In this document: positions 1-8,655 of the stretch, piece by piece | Numbering within the stretch: position 1 is the first letter of the stretch | How the letters are laid out: every line of letters starts with the position of its first letter | From: Thermoplasmatales archaeon | GTDB lineage: Archaea; Thermoplasmatota; JASEFT01; JAUWIS01 | DNA: 32,249 nt | Direction of reading: 5' to 3' | Assembly: GCA_030019485.1 (NCBI GenBank) | Contig: JASEEW010000002.1 | Coordinates: 1-32,249 of the forward strand | The notes under the pieces: generated by a model | What the model was told of the DNA's origin: nothing | What the model saw: only the letters and a program-made list of their open reading frames with translations | Database searches by the model: none | Program-made: the position numbers and the translations under genes

Positions 1-677
1 ATATTATTTTGTAAAATGCTGTTGGGGCAGTCAGCGATGCAGATGCCATCACCAGTGTTATTTTGAACCATACAGTTTGTTATTGTGTTGTCTGAGGAAT
101 ACTCCAGCCGGATGCCATCATCATTGTTATAACAGGCGCAGTTTGTTATTTGGTTGTCTGAGGACTCCCACAGCCAGATGGCCTCATCAGAATGGTTATA
201 ACATTTGCAGTTTGTGATGTTGTTGTTTAAGGAAGAAGATAGATAGATACCACCAGAATTGTCATATGAAGTTACATTATCAATTTTGCCATTTTGAACT
301 GAGTAAAAGTAGATACCATGCTTGTTACTGCTTTTACCATTATGAATCATGCAGTTTCTTATGATGAAATATTTGTCCGTATTTCTTATTTCTATGCCGA
401 TTGCGCTGCTCGCATTTATATCGTAATTTTCTATGATGTAAGGATTATTTATTGTGCCATCACCAGCCCAGCCTTCGCTACTCGCTTGTGATGCGAAATT
501 AGAGTTACCATCTATGCAGATTGGGTCGTGTGAAGTGAGAGATTTTGAGGGGTTTTCAGATTTCGACTCGGAAACCATAGAAACATTAGCGTTTCCTGCA
601 ACCACAACTAGCGTGCTCAGAACTAAAATCAGAGTTAGAATAGAAACGCAAAGAGTTATTGATCCAATTTTTCTCAT
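1..677 (-). CDS. Secreted or membrane-anchored right-handed parallel beta-helix (PbH1/NosD-like) repeat protein. This is the N-terminal 225 codons; the ORF continues past the left window edge.
   Basis: Absent from the ORF track because it is open to the edge. The reverse complement from the ATG at 675-677 reads MRKIGSITLCVSILTLILVLSTLVVVAGNANV (hydrophobic signal/anchor). It continues GDGTINNPYIIENYDINASSAIGIEIRNTDKYFIIRNC. Repeats of about 22 aa follow: NNNITNCKCYNHSDEAIWLWESSDNQITNCACYNNDDGIRLEYSSDNTITNCMVQNN. There is no stop in 225 codons. Confidence 0.8.
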   Translation of the reverse strand, partial: MRKIGSITLCVSILTLILVLSTLVVVAGNANVSMVSESKSENPSKSLTSHDPICIDGNSNFASQASSEGWAGDGTINNPYIIENYDINASSAIGIEIRNTDKYFIIRNCMIHNGKSSNKHGIYFYSVQNGKIDNVTSYDNSGGIYLSSSLNNNITNCKCYNHSDEAIWLWESSDNQITNCACYNNDDGIRLEYSSDNTITNCMVQNNTGDGICIADCPNSILQNN

Positions 678-783
678 ATGAAATAATAAGGTTAACTGCT
701 AATTTAAAACTTCCGACCACTATTACTCAGACGATTCTATCCCTCCTTCCATCAAAATCTTGGTAAAAGAACCCCTGATGACA

Positions 784-808
784 CCATATAATTAGACTTA
801 TTATATGG
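784..808. repeat. Perfect 9-bp inverted repeat CCATATAAT-N7-ATTATATGG between the DUF72 stop and the beta-helix gene start. It could be a terminator hairpin or a TATA-rich promoter element.
   Basis: Read directly: 784-792 CCATATAAT, 800-808 ATTATATGG. Its function is not established. Confidence 0.3.
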
Positions 809-880
809 CTTGTATACAGCTTGATATCCCCATGGAACACCCAGTTTTTCCAAATGCTGCTCCTATTGGAAAGGAATGTT

Positions 881-1600
881 TCATTTTATCATTCCCTTGA
901 ATCTTAATGCATCCTCATACATATAAACATTGTTGAAAAAAACATAATCATTTCCTTTGCATATTTTTTTCAACCTTTCTAACTCACTGTCGGAATACCT
1001 GTACCTGTAACCGCCGATGCCATGGAGTCTGAAATAACCAAAATCACCATAAACCTGTTTGTTTTTAAAAGGATCAACACAATGAACCAATTCTAATTCT
1101 TCACATATCTTTTTAACAGTTTTTTCATCCCATTCCCCCCTGGGCTCCCAGGCAAAAACAAAATCCCTGGGAATGGATGAGAAAAAATTATACATGTTTT
1201 CAATATTATTTTTTTCCTGTTTAAAACTGGGAGGGCACTGGAATAAAATAATCCTTGCTCTCAGTGTTTTTGCTATTTCTTTTGTTTTTTCGTAGGCATC
1301 AAAAACCTCTTCAATGTTTTTGAAGAAACCAGCATGTCCTGGTTTTATCTTTGTTTTTCTGTATGTTGGTGATGAAATGGGATGGGTTATAACCTGGTTC
1401 GCCTTTAATGTGAACTCAAAATTTTTTGGGGCTTTTTCCCTCCATTTCTCAGATGTTTTAATTTCTGGGATTTCATAAAATGTTTTCTGTATTTCAACAG
1501 CATTAAATCTTTCAAAGTATTTTTTCATCCCAACAGGGAAGCCGCAGCATCCTATTTTCACAATACAGGATATGCAATGAATGCTATTATCTTTTTTCAT
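881..1600 (-). CDS. DUF72 (YecE-like) family protein
   Basis: 239-aa ORF. It shows the family pattern FNAVEIQKTFYEIPEIKTSEKWREKAPKNFEFTLKANQVITHP. Its ATG overlaps the stop of the upstream radical-SAM gene as ATGA (1597-1600). Confidence 0.85.
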   Translation of the reverse strand: MKKDNSIHCISCIVKIGCCGFPVGMKKYFERFNAVEIQKTFYEIPEIKTSEKWREKAPKNFEFTLKANQVITHPISSPTYRKTKIKPGHAGFFKNIEEVFDAYEKTKEIAKTLRARIILFQCPPSFKQEKNNIENMYNFFSSIPRDFVFAWEPRGEWDEKTVKKICEELELVHCVDPFKNKQVYGDFGYFRLHGIGGYRYRYSDSELERLKKICKGNDYVFFNNVYMYEDALRFKGMIK

Positions 1601-2634
1601 CTAAGAAGATGAAGGTTTCCAATCCTCACATTTTTCAGATGCTTTTCTGCAATCTCCAAGCATTCATATGCCTGTTTCTTTGATGTTAAAGGCATGTCGT
1701 CCATGTAAAAATGTGGATAAAATCCCAGAAGGCAGTATGGAATTTTATTATCAATTGATGAAATAAATTTTGAGATTGATTCAACCTCTTTTTTATCAAT
1801 ATATCCTGGGACAAGCAGCGTGCTTGCAGTAAGGAGATGATAACCAGCATTTTTATTGTATTCTCCAAGAAACCTGAAGTTTTCAATTGTCTGCCTGTTG
1901 GTAACACCGCATAACGCAATATTTAGCTTCTCATCCCATGCTTTCAAATCAAACTTTATTGTTCCACCAGATTTTTTTGAAATAGCCGCCATTCTTTTTG
2001 CCATGTTTTTGTTCATGCTACCATTCGTCTCCCAGCATATTCTGACATTATCATTTTTTTCAACAACAAGTTCAGATGTTTTCAATGCATGAATAATTTG
2101 TGGTGTTGGGTCACCGCCAAAAAAGCATACGCATCTTGTATTTTCATCAACCATACCTGCAAGTGTCTCAGGGCTCATAACAGGGGATAGATTTTTTAAA
2201 AGGTTTCTGTAATGCCAGTTCTGACAGTAAAGGCAGTTGAAGGAGCAATTGTGACTGAAAATCCCAAAGCCGTGCATAAAGTTGCTGTATGGCGCACTCT
2301 TGGTTTTAACCTCAAAATCGTAAACATCGCCATTATACGGCAAGGATTTAATTGATGTTATTCTTAACACGTGAAGATTACTATTAATAGGTTTGCTAGC
2401 AAACTTTGATAGCTTACCTGAGATATGCTCTCTGCTTAGTCTCAGCTTCCTCCGCCTCTTGATCGTCTGTTTTGCCCATTTTGGTAAATTACTTATATCA
2501 AAGAGGAATATGGGATAGACATCTGATATAGGACTTCTCCCTTTAGAAACGGGTAGTGTTAGATTATTTCGCCTGAGTAGTGAGCCCGTGTAAGTGGCAA
2601 ATCTCTTGAGGCTCTTGTATATACTTTTTACATG

Positions 2635-2830
2635 TACACTACCTATACCGGTAGTGTATCAGGGGTCAACGTTCCTGGCTCTTGAGGCTTAAGTCCTCGT
2701 CGGGGAGCTTGTTGCCCCCTGCCTATACGGCTTACACGGATAGCAAGTTGTGGCAATGTTTGTCCACGTATCACACACAAGTTTGTGTTCCCGTATAGGA
2801 CATTGGGGCTGTTTGACCCCCCTGATACAG
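2635..2830 (+). ncRNA. Candidate structured leader RNA of the IS110 element (bridge-RNA-like). The ends are not determined.
   Basis: TATATA lies at 2618-2623. Nested stems were read by eye. The outer stem is GTATCAGGGGTCAA (2656-2669) pairing with TTGACCCCCCTGATAC (2813-2828, 2-nt bulge). Other stems are CCTATACGG (2722-2730)/CCGTATAGG (2791-2799), GGGGAGC...GCCCCC (2702-2719) and ACACA-AGTT-TGTGT (2775-2788). CTTACACGG (2732-2740) is the exact reverse complement of CCGTGTAAG (2586-2594) at the left junction. Confidence 0.35.
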
Positions 2831-2845
2831 GAGGCGATATAGAGT

Positions 2846-4048
2846 ATGGGAAACATGGTATATGTAGGTATTGATACAGGCAAAGAAACCTTTAGTGCTT
2901 GTGCACTAAATATAGAAGGAACAGAACTAATGACACCAACCAAATATGAGCATGGTAGAGAAGAATACAGAAAGTTTTTAGGGAATGCAAAAGCGATAGC
3001 CAGTGTTACTGGTGGGAGGCTTTTGTTTGGAATAGAGTCAACAGGGATTTACCATGTGCCGTTGTATGACTACCTTACGAAGAGAAACTATCAGGTGCGC
3101 GTGTTCAACGGTCTGGAATTATCCGGTATGCGTAAAAGTAGGATACGTAAGACAAAAACAGACGCTATAGATGCAAGGTTAATCGCAGGGTATCTGTTGA
3201 TGTGTTTTGATAAGGATAAGAGGAGTCCATTACCGCTTGAGTTAAGAAATCTGAGAGAGTTCTGCAGAATAAAGAAAAGGTTAACGAGAAACCTTACAAG
3301 GATAAAGAATCAACTGATAAGAGATTTAGATCTGATATTTCCAGGGTTTACAGGGATATTTTCTGACATGCTTGGTAAATCGTGTTTAGAACTTCTAGAA
3401 GAAGCATGTACGCCTAAAGAAATTATAGGTATGTCGAAAGAAAAATTACGGAAATATGTGTCTGAGAAACATGCAGTGAAACTTAAAATAGCAGCAGCGA
3501 AAACAACGTCAGTGAGTAGTTTTGATGAATCTGTAGTGTTTGAGATAGGTAGTTTGTGTAGGCAAGCAAGATGTTTACTTGATGAGCTGTCCGGGGTGAA
3601 AAAGGAAATAGATAGTGAGTATTCGCAGATAAAAACACCGTTGCAGAGTATTCCTTGTATAGGCCCAGGCACTGGTCCTGTGATACTTGCAGAGATAGGT
3701 GATGTAAAAAACTTTGATCATCCTAAAAGGATAGTGGGTTTTGCAGGGATAGATCCTGTGATAAAAGAATCAGGTAAATCCAGAAAGGAGTGTCGTATAT
3801 CAAAAAGGGGTTCAGCGTCATTGCGGTGTGCGTTGTATCAGGCAGCTTTTGCAGGGATTACTTGTAATCCGGTAATTAAAGCATTTTATAGGAAAAAGCG
3901 TTCTGAGGGGAAAACTCATAGGGATGCTGTTGTTTGTTGTGCAAGGAAGCTCTGTTACATTATCTATTCTGTCTTAAGTAATAACCGGGTGTTCTATGTT
4001 CCATCCCATATTATCGCTTCAAATGCTCAAATGAGCAAGCAGGGTTAG
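2846..4048 (+). CDS. IS110-family (DEDD/RuvC-like plus C-terminal Ser domain) transposase/recombinase
   Basis: 400-aa ORF. Motifs: VYVGIDTGKETF, GIESTGIYH, KTDAIDARLIA, and the C-terminal LQSIPCIGPGTGPVILAEIGDVKNFDHPKRIVGFAGIDPVIKESGKS...RISKRGSASLR. AGGAGG at 2829-2834 lies upstream of the ATG. Confidence 0.92.
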   Translation: MGNMVYVGIDTGKETFSACALNIEGTELMTPTKYEHGREEYRKFLGNAKAIASVTGGRLLFGIESTGIYHVPLYDYLTKRNYQVRVFNGLELSGMRKSRIRKTKTDAIDARLIAGYLLMCFDKDKRSPLPLELRNLREFCRIKKRLTRNLTRIKNQLIRDLDLIFPGFTGIFSDMLGKSCLELLEEACTPKEIIGMSKEKLRKYVSEKHAVKLKIAAAKTTSVSSFDESVVFEIGSLCRQARCLLDELSGVKKEIDSEYSQIKTPLQSIPCIGPGTGPVILAEIGDVKNFDHPKRIVGFAGIDPVIKESGKSRKECRISKRGSASLRCALYQAAFAGITCNPVIKAFYRKKRSEGKTHRDAVVCCARKLCYIIYSVLSNNRVFYVPSHIIASNAQMSKQG

Positions 4049-5939
4049 GGATTTCTTTTTTCTTAATCCAACGTGTAGTGAGTTCTAGAGAAAAAGAATA
4101 AAATTACGCAAAAAATAATAGGAGTAAGGAGTCGTTTTACTCGTCTTTATTTAGCGGATGCTATCTTTCTATCCCTATCGTGAGCCCGCAATAGTAAACT
4201 TTAATAGCAAGCTCCCCGCCATGCAGCCAAAGTTGATAATTTCTCCCTTGTAATATTCTAGGGGTTATACCGAGCCTCGTTAGTAAATATTGAATCCCAT
4301 AAGCAAGCTCTTCGCTAGCAGTTGTACATGAAATTGAGATGCTTTTAAAAACTTTTTTCCTCCCACCAGAATATCTAGCATGACTGTCGCCAACGAAATA
4401 AGAGTCTAATAAGTTCATAATAAACTTCTGTGGCATTGCGTAAACAAAATTAGGAATTCTTTTTTTATAGCAGTTAGAACCTGCGGCTAAAATCTTATTA
4501 AAAAGCAACGATAGAATCTCACTTCTGGCGTACACTCTAATGCAGCTATCTTTCCCAAGATATTTTGATATGCGAGTGTCTGCCGTAACGCCAAATACTA
4601 TTTTTATAAGATGCTTTGTTTGGTTTGCCAACCCCTTTTCCTTTATCCCAAAACAAAATTCAACTATGCCCTTAGATGTATATCCTTCTGATAAGTAGTA
4701 GCCGAGAAGTGTAGCTAATTCTGGGCTAATTTTTATAATAGCATATAGTCTATTTTTCCTGCTGCCATATTTTGCGCCTATTTTTAACTTCTTCTGCCTT
4801 CGCTTGCTGTCTTCTAGTTTTAGATATACCCAAAGAGGTAATGAGTCGGCTCTTCGCCAGTTATCAATTAGATACTCCGGAATTTTAAGTAATTTTGCTA
4901 ACTCAGATCTTGATTGTTTGTATAGGAGCTCTTTAGCATTATACACTGATATTTTTTCAACACCTAACTTTTGAAACTCTTCAATTAAATCGATTTCCTT
5001 AAGTGATTGAAGTTTAGGTCTTGGAATGTTCTTAGCAACTGGGATATAATCTCCTTTTTTCAGATATCTAGCGGGTTTCGTAGTAAAACAACTTTTTTCT
5101 AACACGATCATTGGGTGATCCAAGGTGACATGGATGGCCCTCCCATTCTCAGTTTCTATTTCCAAGATTTTACTGCTACCGCGCCTCCTCATTATTTTGC
5201 TTACGGGAGTATACATAATCCTTAAAGATTTTGGGTCAAAAGACGCAATTTTTATTTCATGTTTAGGTTTTGCCCAAATGATATCTTTAGAATGAATAAT
5301 CATATCAGACTCCTTAAACTCTTTATCTATCAACTCACCAATGGGTTGGATAGAAGGAACACCTCTCACAATAGCAAACATACGCTCAAAAGATGGTAGG
5401 CAGGCACCATAAAAAACAGCAAGATTCCTGTGAGGATAACATAAATCCCTGTTTGAGCAGAAGTTCATTGAAACACAGTTCGTGGGCAAAACGTCATAGT
5501 AGCATTCAACAACAGCATTCTCATCAACCCTGCTTTTGATTTTACCATGAACGTTTGTCCTAATACCACAGTAGCCCACATCATTTTCTGGGATTCTGCA
5601 ATTGTTCACACACAAACCACATGGAACACCATCCATGGGAGGCTTATTACGGAAAATGCCAGAGCATTTTCCTAATATTTCAGGAAAAGCCTCTTGGCTT
5701 TTCCGTGAAATAACAGGGAGAGCAAAACTTTTCCTGGACATGGTATGCGCATTCTCAACAAAAGGCAGAGCCTCATCCCACTTATCCCTGATGCATTCTA
5801 AGCATACCTTCAACGTCTTTGATATTTCCTCAGATTCTTTGTCGCAAATTTTGCATCTGGACATATTTGGTGAAACAGCGGAGTTTTTCTTAAAGTTTGG
5901 CATGAAAACTATTTAAACGCCTAATCATTTTTCATTACA

Positions 5940-7409
5940 ATGAAAAAGTTCCAAGTAGCCATTATCGGCGGCGGTGTTATCGGTTCTTCAATAGCCAGAG
6001 AATTATCAAGGTACGATGTCAGCGTGGTTGTTTTTGAATCTGGAAGCGATGTTGCATCACAGGCCAGCAAGGCAAACAGTGGGGTTATACACAGCGGAAT
6101 AAACTCTCCACCTTACTCACTCAAGGCTCGTTTATGTGTGGAGGGAAACAGGATGTTTCAATCGCTTGCCGGGGAGCTTGGGGTTCCTGTGAAATGGGTC
6201 GGAAAATTTGTTGTGGCAGGGAATGAAGATGAGATTGCTGAACTTGAACATCTCAAGAGAGTTGGAGAAAGCAACGGCGTTCCCGGGCTTGAGATACTGG
6301 ATGAGGCAGGGGTGAAAAAAAAGGAAAAAAACATATCATGCAGGGGTGCGCTCTGGGTGCCAACAGCAGGGATCACATCCCCCTATCAGCTCACGATTGC
6401 ACTGGCTGAAAATGCTGCTGAAAACAATGTGAAATTCCTGCTGGAAACAAAAGTCATTGGTTTAAAAAAACAGGCTCAGAAATTTTTTGTAAACACAACC
6501 AAGGGGGGGTTCCTGGCAGATGTGGTTGTAAATGCGGCAGGGGTGTTCTGCCGCGATATTGTTGCAATGCTGGAGGAGCCGGATTTCAATGTTTACCCGT
6601 GCAGAGGAGAGTATCTGGTTCTGGATAAATCATACAGCTGGCTGGTCAGGTCGATGGTATACCCTGTTCCGCCCAAACATACGGGTGTTCTGGGCATCCA
6701 CATCACACCCACTATTGAGGGTAACATACTGCTGGGTCCAAGTGCTGAATTTATAAATGAGGATGAGGACACTCGGACTACTAGAGAGGCGATGATTTCT
6801 CTGCTGAAGCATGCAAAAGAAATGGTCCCTGTGGTCCCAGATAATGCTGTCATAAATGCTTATTCTGGTATCAGGTCAAAGCTTGCCTCTGCTGAAAACG
6901 GTGGCTGGGCTGATTTCAGAATAGAGGAAAGCAGAAACACACCAGGGCTGATAAACATCCTGGGAATAGAGTCCCCTGGGTTAACTGCAGCGCCGGCAAT
7001 TGCTAAAGAGGCGATAGGGATAATTGCAGGGTTAATAGTGTTGAAAGAGAAAGGCAGTTTCAAATCAAACCGGGCCAGAGTCAATCGTTTTTCCGGGCTG
7101 TTAGAAACTGAGCGGGCAAAAATGATTGAAAAGGATAGTAAATGGGGCAGGGTTGTATGCAGATGTGAGCAGGTAACAGAGCGGGAGGTGACTGATGCTC
7201 TTTCCAACCCATTGGGTGCACGAACACTGTCTTCTGTTAAATACCGCTGCAGGGCAGGCATGGGGCGCTGTCAGGGGGGTTTCTGCACACCGCATATTGT
7301 CAGGATAATGAAAGATAACTTTGGGATGGATGTAATTGATATCAAACTCAAATCCCCAAACTCAACACTTTTTACCGGCAGGGTCAGGGAGGTGCGCGAG
7401 CATGGTTGA
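5940..7409 (+). CDS. FAD-dependent oxidoreductase of the DAO family (GlpA / L-2-hydroxyglutarate-oxidase-like) with a C-terminal BFD-like [2Fe-2S] domain
   Basis: The N-terminus is VAIIGGGVIGSSIARELS...ASKANSGVIHSG. The C-terminus is CRCEQVTEREV...CRAGMGRCQGGFC. 489 aa. Confidence 0.85.
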   Translation: MKKFQVAIIGGGVIGSSIARELSRYDVSVVVFESGSDVASQASKANSGVIHSGINSPPYSLKARLCVEGNRMFQSLAGELGVPVKWVGKFVVAGNEDEIAELEHLKRVGESNGVPGLEILDEAGVKKKEKNISCRGALWVPTAGITSPYQLTIALAENAAENNVKFLLETKVIGLKKQAQKFFVNTTKGGFLADVVVNAAGVFCRDIVAMLEEPDFNVYPCRGEYLVLDKSYSWLVRSMVYPVPPKHTGVLGIHITPTIEGNILLGPSAEFINEDEDTRTTREAMISLLKHAKEMVPVVPDNAVINAYSGIRSKLASAENGGWADFRIEESRNTPGLINILGIESPGLTAAPAIAKEAIGIIAGLIVLKEKGSFKSNRARVNRFSGLLETERAKMIEKDSKWGRVVCRCEQVTEREVTDALSNPLGARTLSSVKYRCRAGMGRCQGGFCTPHIVRIMKDNFGMDVIDIKLKSPNSTLFTGRVREVREHG

Positions 7410-8655
7410 GCATTTAGTGGATGTGGCGGTTATTGGTGGTGGTCCTGCAGGGTTGGCAGCAGCCGTATCTGCTGGAGAACATGGGGCTGAGCAGGTGGTT
7501 GTTATAGAACGAAACAGCTGGCTTGGTGGTATTCTACCGCAGTGCATACATGATGGTTTCGGTGTTGAGGAAACCGGCAAATCTCTAACAGGGCCGGAGT
7601 ACGCAGAGCAGTACATTAATATGGCACTGCAGAAGAATATTCAGATAATGCTGGAAACAATGGTTATTGAACTCAGAGAAAACCGTGAAATTGTAGCAGT
7701 GAACAGCAACGGCTTGCATAACATTAAAGCAAAAAGTGTTGTCCTGGCCATGGGGTGCAGGGAAAGGACAAGATGGGGTGCGATGATTCCTGGGACACGC
7801 CCGAGCGGGATATACACTGCAGGTGTGGCGCAGACATTTATCAACCTCCAAAACATAATGGTTGGGCGGAAGGTGGTTATAGTTGGCTCCGGGGATGTAG
7901 GACTCATAATGGCGAGGCGGTTGAAGCTGGAGGGTGCTGAGGTTGTTGCTGTGGTCGAAATCCTGCCATATCCAAGCGGGCTGTTAAGGAATGTTGTTCA
8001 GTGCCTGGAGGATTATGACATACCACTCCTTCTAAATCATACCGTAACAAATATTGAGGGTAAGGAGAGAGTAGAGGAGGTAACTATCTCGCAGGTGGAT
8101 GGGAACATGAAACCAATCCTTGGTACAGAGAAACAAATCAAATGCGACACACTTCTTCTTTCACTTGGTCTCATACCTGAGAATGAACTGTCCAGAATGG
8201 CCATGGTGGAGATAGATGACAGAACAGGTGGTCCATCAGTAAACCAGGAACTGGAAACAAGTGTCCCCGGGATATTCGCATGCGGCAACTGCCTCCATGT
8301 TCATGACACTGTTGACATGCTTTCTGTTGAAGCAAAGAAAGCTGGAAAAAGTGCGGTAGAATGCATTACAAATACTGGCCGCAAACAATACGAAACTGTT
8401 ATTCACGTGGTACCTGGGGAAGGGGTTAGATATGTTGTTCCACAAAGGATTAATAGGCCTGGAAAGGTGGAGTTGATGTTAAGGGCAAAAAAACCTATGG
8501 AGCCCGTAGTGCTGCAAGTAACTGCTGGTAAAAGAATTATTCTAACAAAAAAGTTGCGGTGTGCGACCCCTTCCAGTATGATTAAAATAGGCATTGTTAT
8601 CCCCCCTAGAGTATTTGCATCCAGGGCTGCATTGGAGGTGAGGCTCATTGGCTGA
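7402..8655 (+). CDS. FAD-dependent pyridine-nucleotide-disulfide-type oxidoreductase, partner of the preceding gene
   Basis: The start is placed at the ATG at 7402 (MVEHLVDVAVIGGGPAGLAAA), preceded by GGGAGGTG at 7386-7393. It overlaps the upstream stop by 8 nt. A second Rossmann motif is VVIVGSGDVGL. Confidence 0.85.
   Translation: MVEHLVDVAVIGGGPAGLAAAVSAGEHGAEQVVVIERNSWLGGILPQCIHDGFGVEETGKSLTGPEYAEQYINMALQKNIQIMLETMVIELRENREIVAVNSNGLHNIKAKSVVLAMGCRERTRWGAMIPGTRPSGIYTAGVAQTFINLQNIMVGRKVVIVGSGDVGLIMARRLKLEGAEVVAVVEILPYPSGLLRNVVQCLEDYDIPLLLNHTVTNIEGKERVEEVTISQVDGNMKPILGTEKQIKCDTLLLSLGLIPENELSRMAMVEIDDRTGGPSVNQELETSVPGIFACGNCLHVHDTVDMLSVEAKKAGKSAVECITNTGRKQYETVIHVVPGEGVRYVVPQRINRPGKVELMLRAKKPMEPVVLQVTAGKRIILTKKLRCATPSSMIKIGIVIPPRVFASRAALEVRLIG

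Larger units (their letters stand above)
2589..4180 (+). mobile_element. IS110-family insertion sequence of about 1.6 kb. The boundaries are inferred and uncertain by a few bp.
   Basis: It contains a DEDD-type transposase ORF with a 257-nt 5' non-coding leader and a 132-nt 3' end, and has no terminal inverted repeats. It is flanked by CGTG (2587-2590 and 4179-4182, 1592 bp apart). That CGTG sits inside a longer 9-bp direct repeat GTGAGCCCG (2580-2588 and 4180-4188, 1600 bp apart). Confidence 0.8.
2248..5402 (-). mobile_element. Class-1 intein of about 521 aa with a LAGLIDADG homing-endonuclease domain, itself interrupted by the IS element at about 2589-4180
   Basis: Block A is CLPSFERMFAIVRGVPSIQPIGEL (Cys1 codon at 5400-5402). 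Block B is AIHVTLDHPMIV (TxxH). The LAGLIDADG motifs are LATLLGYYLSEGY and MNLLDSYFVGDS. Blocks F/G are GDVYDFEV...FGIFSHN (Asn codon at 2248-2250), followed by the +1 Cys at 2245-2247. Confidence 0.85.
1597..5903 (-). pseudogene. Radical SAM enzyme gene (PflA-like activase / COG1180-type with an N-terminal CxxC...CxxC zinc-ribbon). It contains an intein and is split by an IS110-family insertion, so it is non-functional as it stands.
   Basis: The N-extein at 5403-5903 ends NLAVFYGA. The C-extein at 1597-2247 begins CSFNCLYCQNWHYR (CX3CX2C) and continues with GGDPT, ICWETNG and NVRIGNLHLL. The two track ORFs (4161-5903 and 1597-2370) are in different phases and are separated by a plus-strand transposase gene. 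Deleting 2589-4180 (1592 bp) fuses them in frame into a 904-codon ORF. Confidence 0.85.

Noticed and set aside
454-681. Track ORF of 75 aa on the plus strand
   Set aside because: It lies antisense to, and entirely inside, the much longer edge-truncated minus-strand beta-helix ORF. That ORF has a signal peptide and clear PbH1-type repeats, so this one is a shadow ORF.
4075-4082. GTAGTGAG in the IS right end matches the left target flank (2577-2584); a possible second guide
   Set aside because: An 8-mer match between a short flank and about 400 nt of non-coding IS sequence is expected by chance at appreciable frequency, and I saw no supporting structure.
2580-4188. Simple interpretation of GTGAGCCCG x2 as an ordinary 9-bp target-site duplication
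   Set aside because: Removing the IS plus one copy (1600 bp) leaves the two gene halves out of frame. IS110-family elements typically do not generate such duplications. I kept it as an open alternative in the findings rather than as the preferred model.
5904-5939. A 36-bp gap between the divergent radical-SAM and GlpA-like starts, considered as an unusual shared promoter
   Set aside because: The radical-SAM gene may start at the internal ATG at 5864 (MSRCKICDK), which would widen the gap. Leaderless or short-leader archaeal transcripts also make this unremarkable, and I saw no distinctive motif.
6718-6727. AGGGTAACAT, 10 of the 11 nt of the intergenic repeat unit, inside the GlpA-like gene
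   Set aside because: It is a single isolated copy within a well-supported coding region. That is compatible with chance and is not evidence for a second operator.
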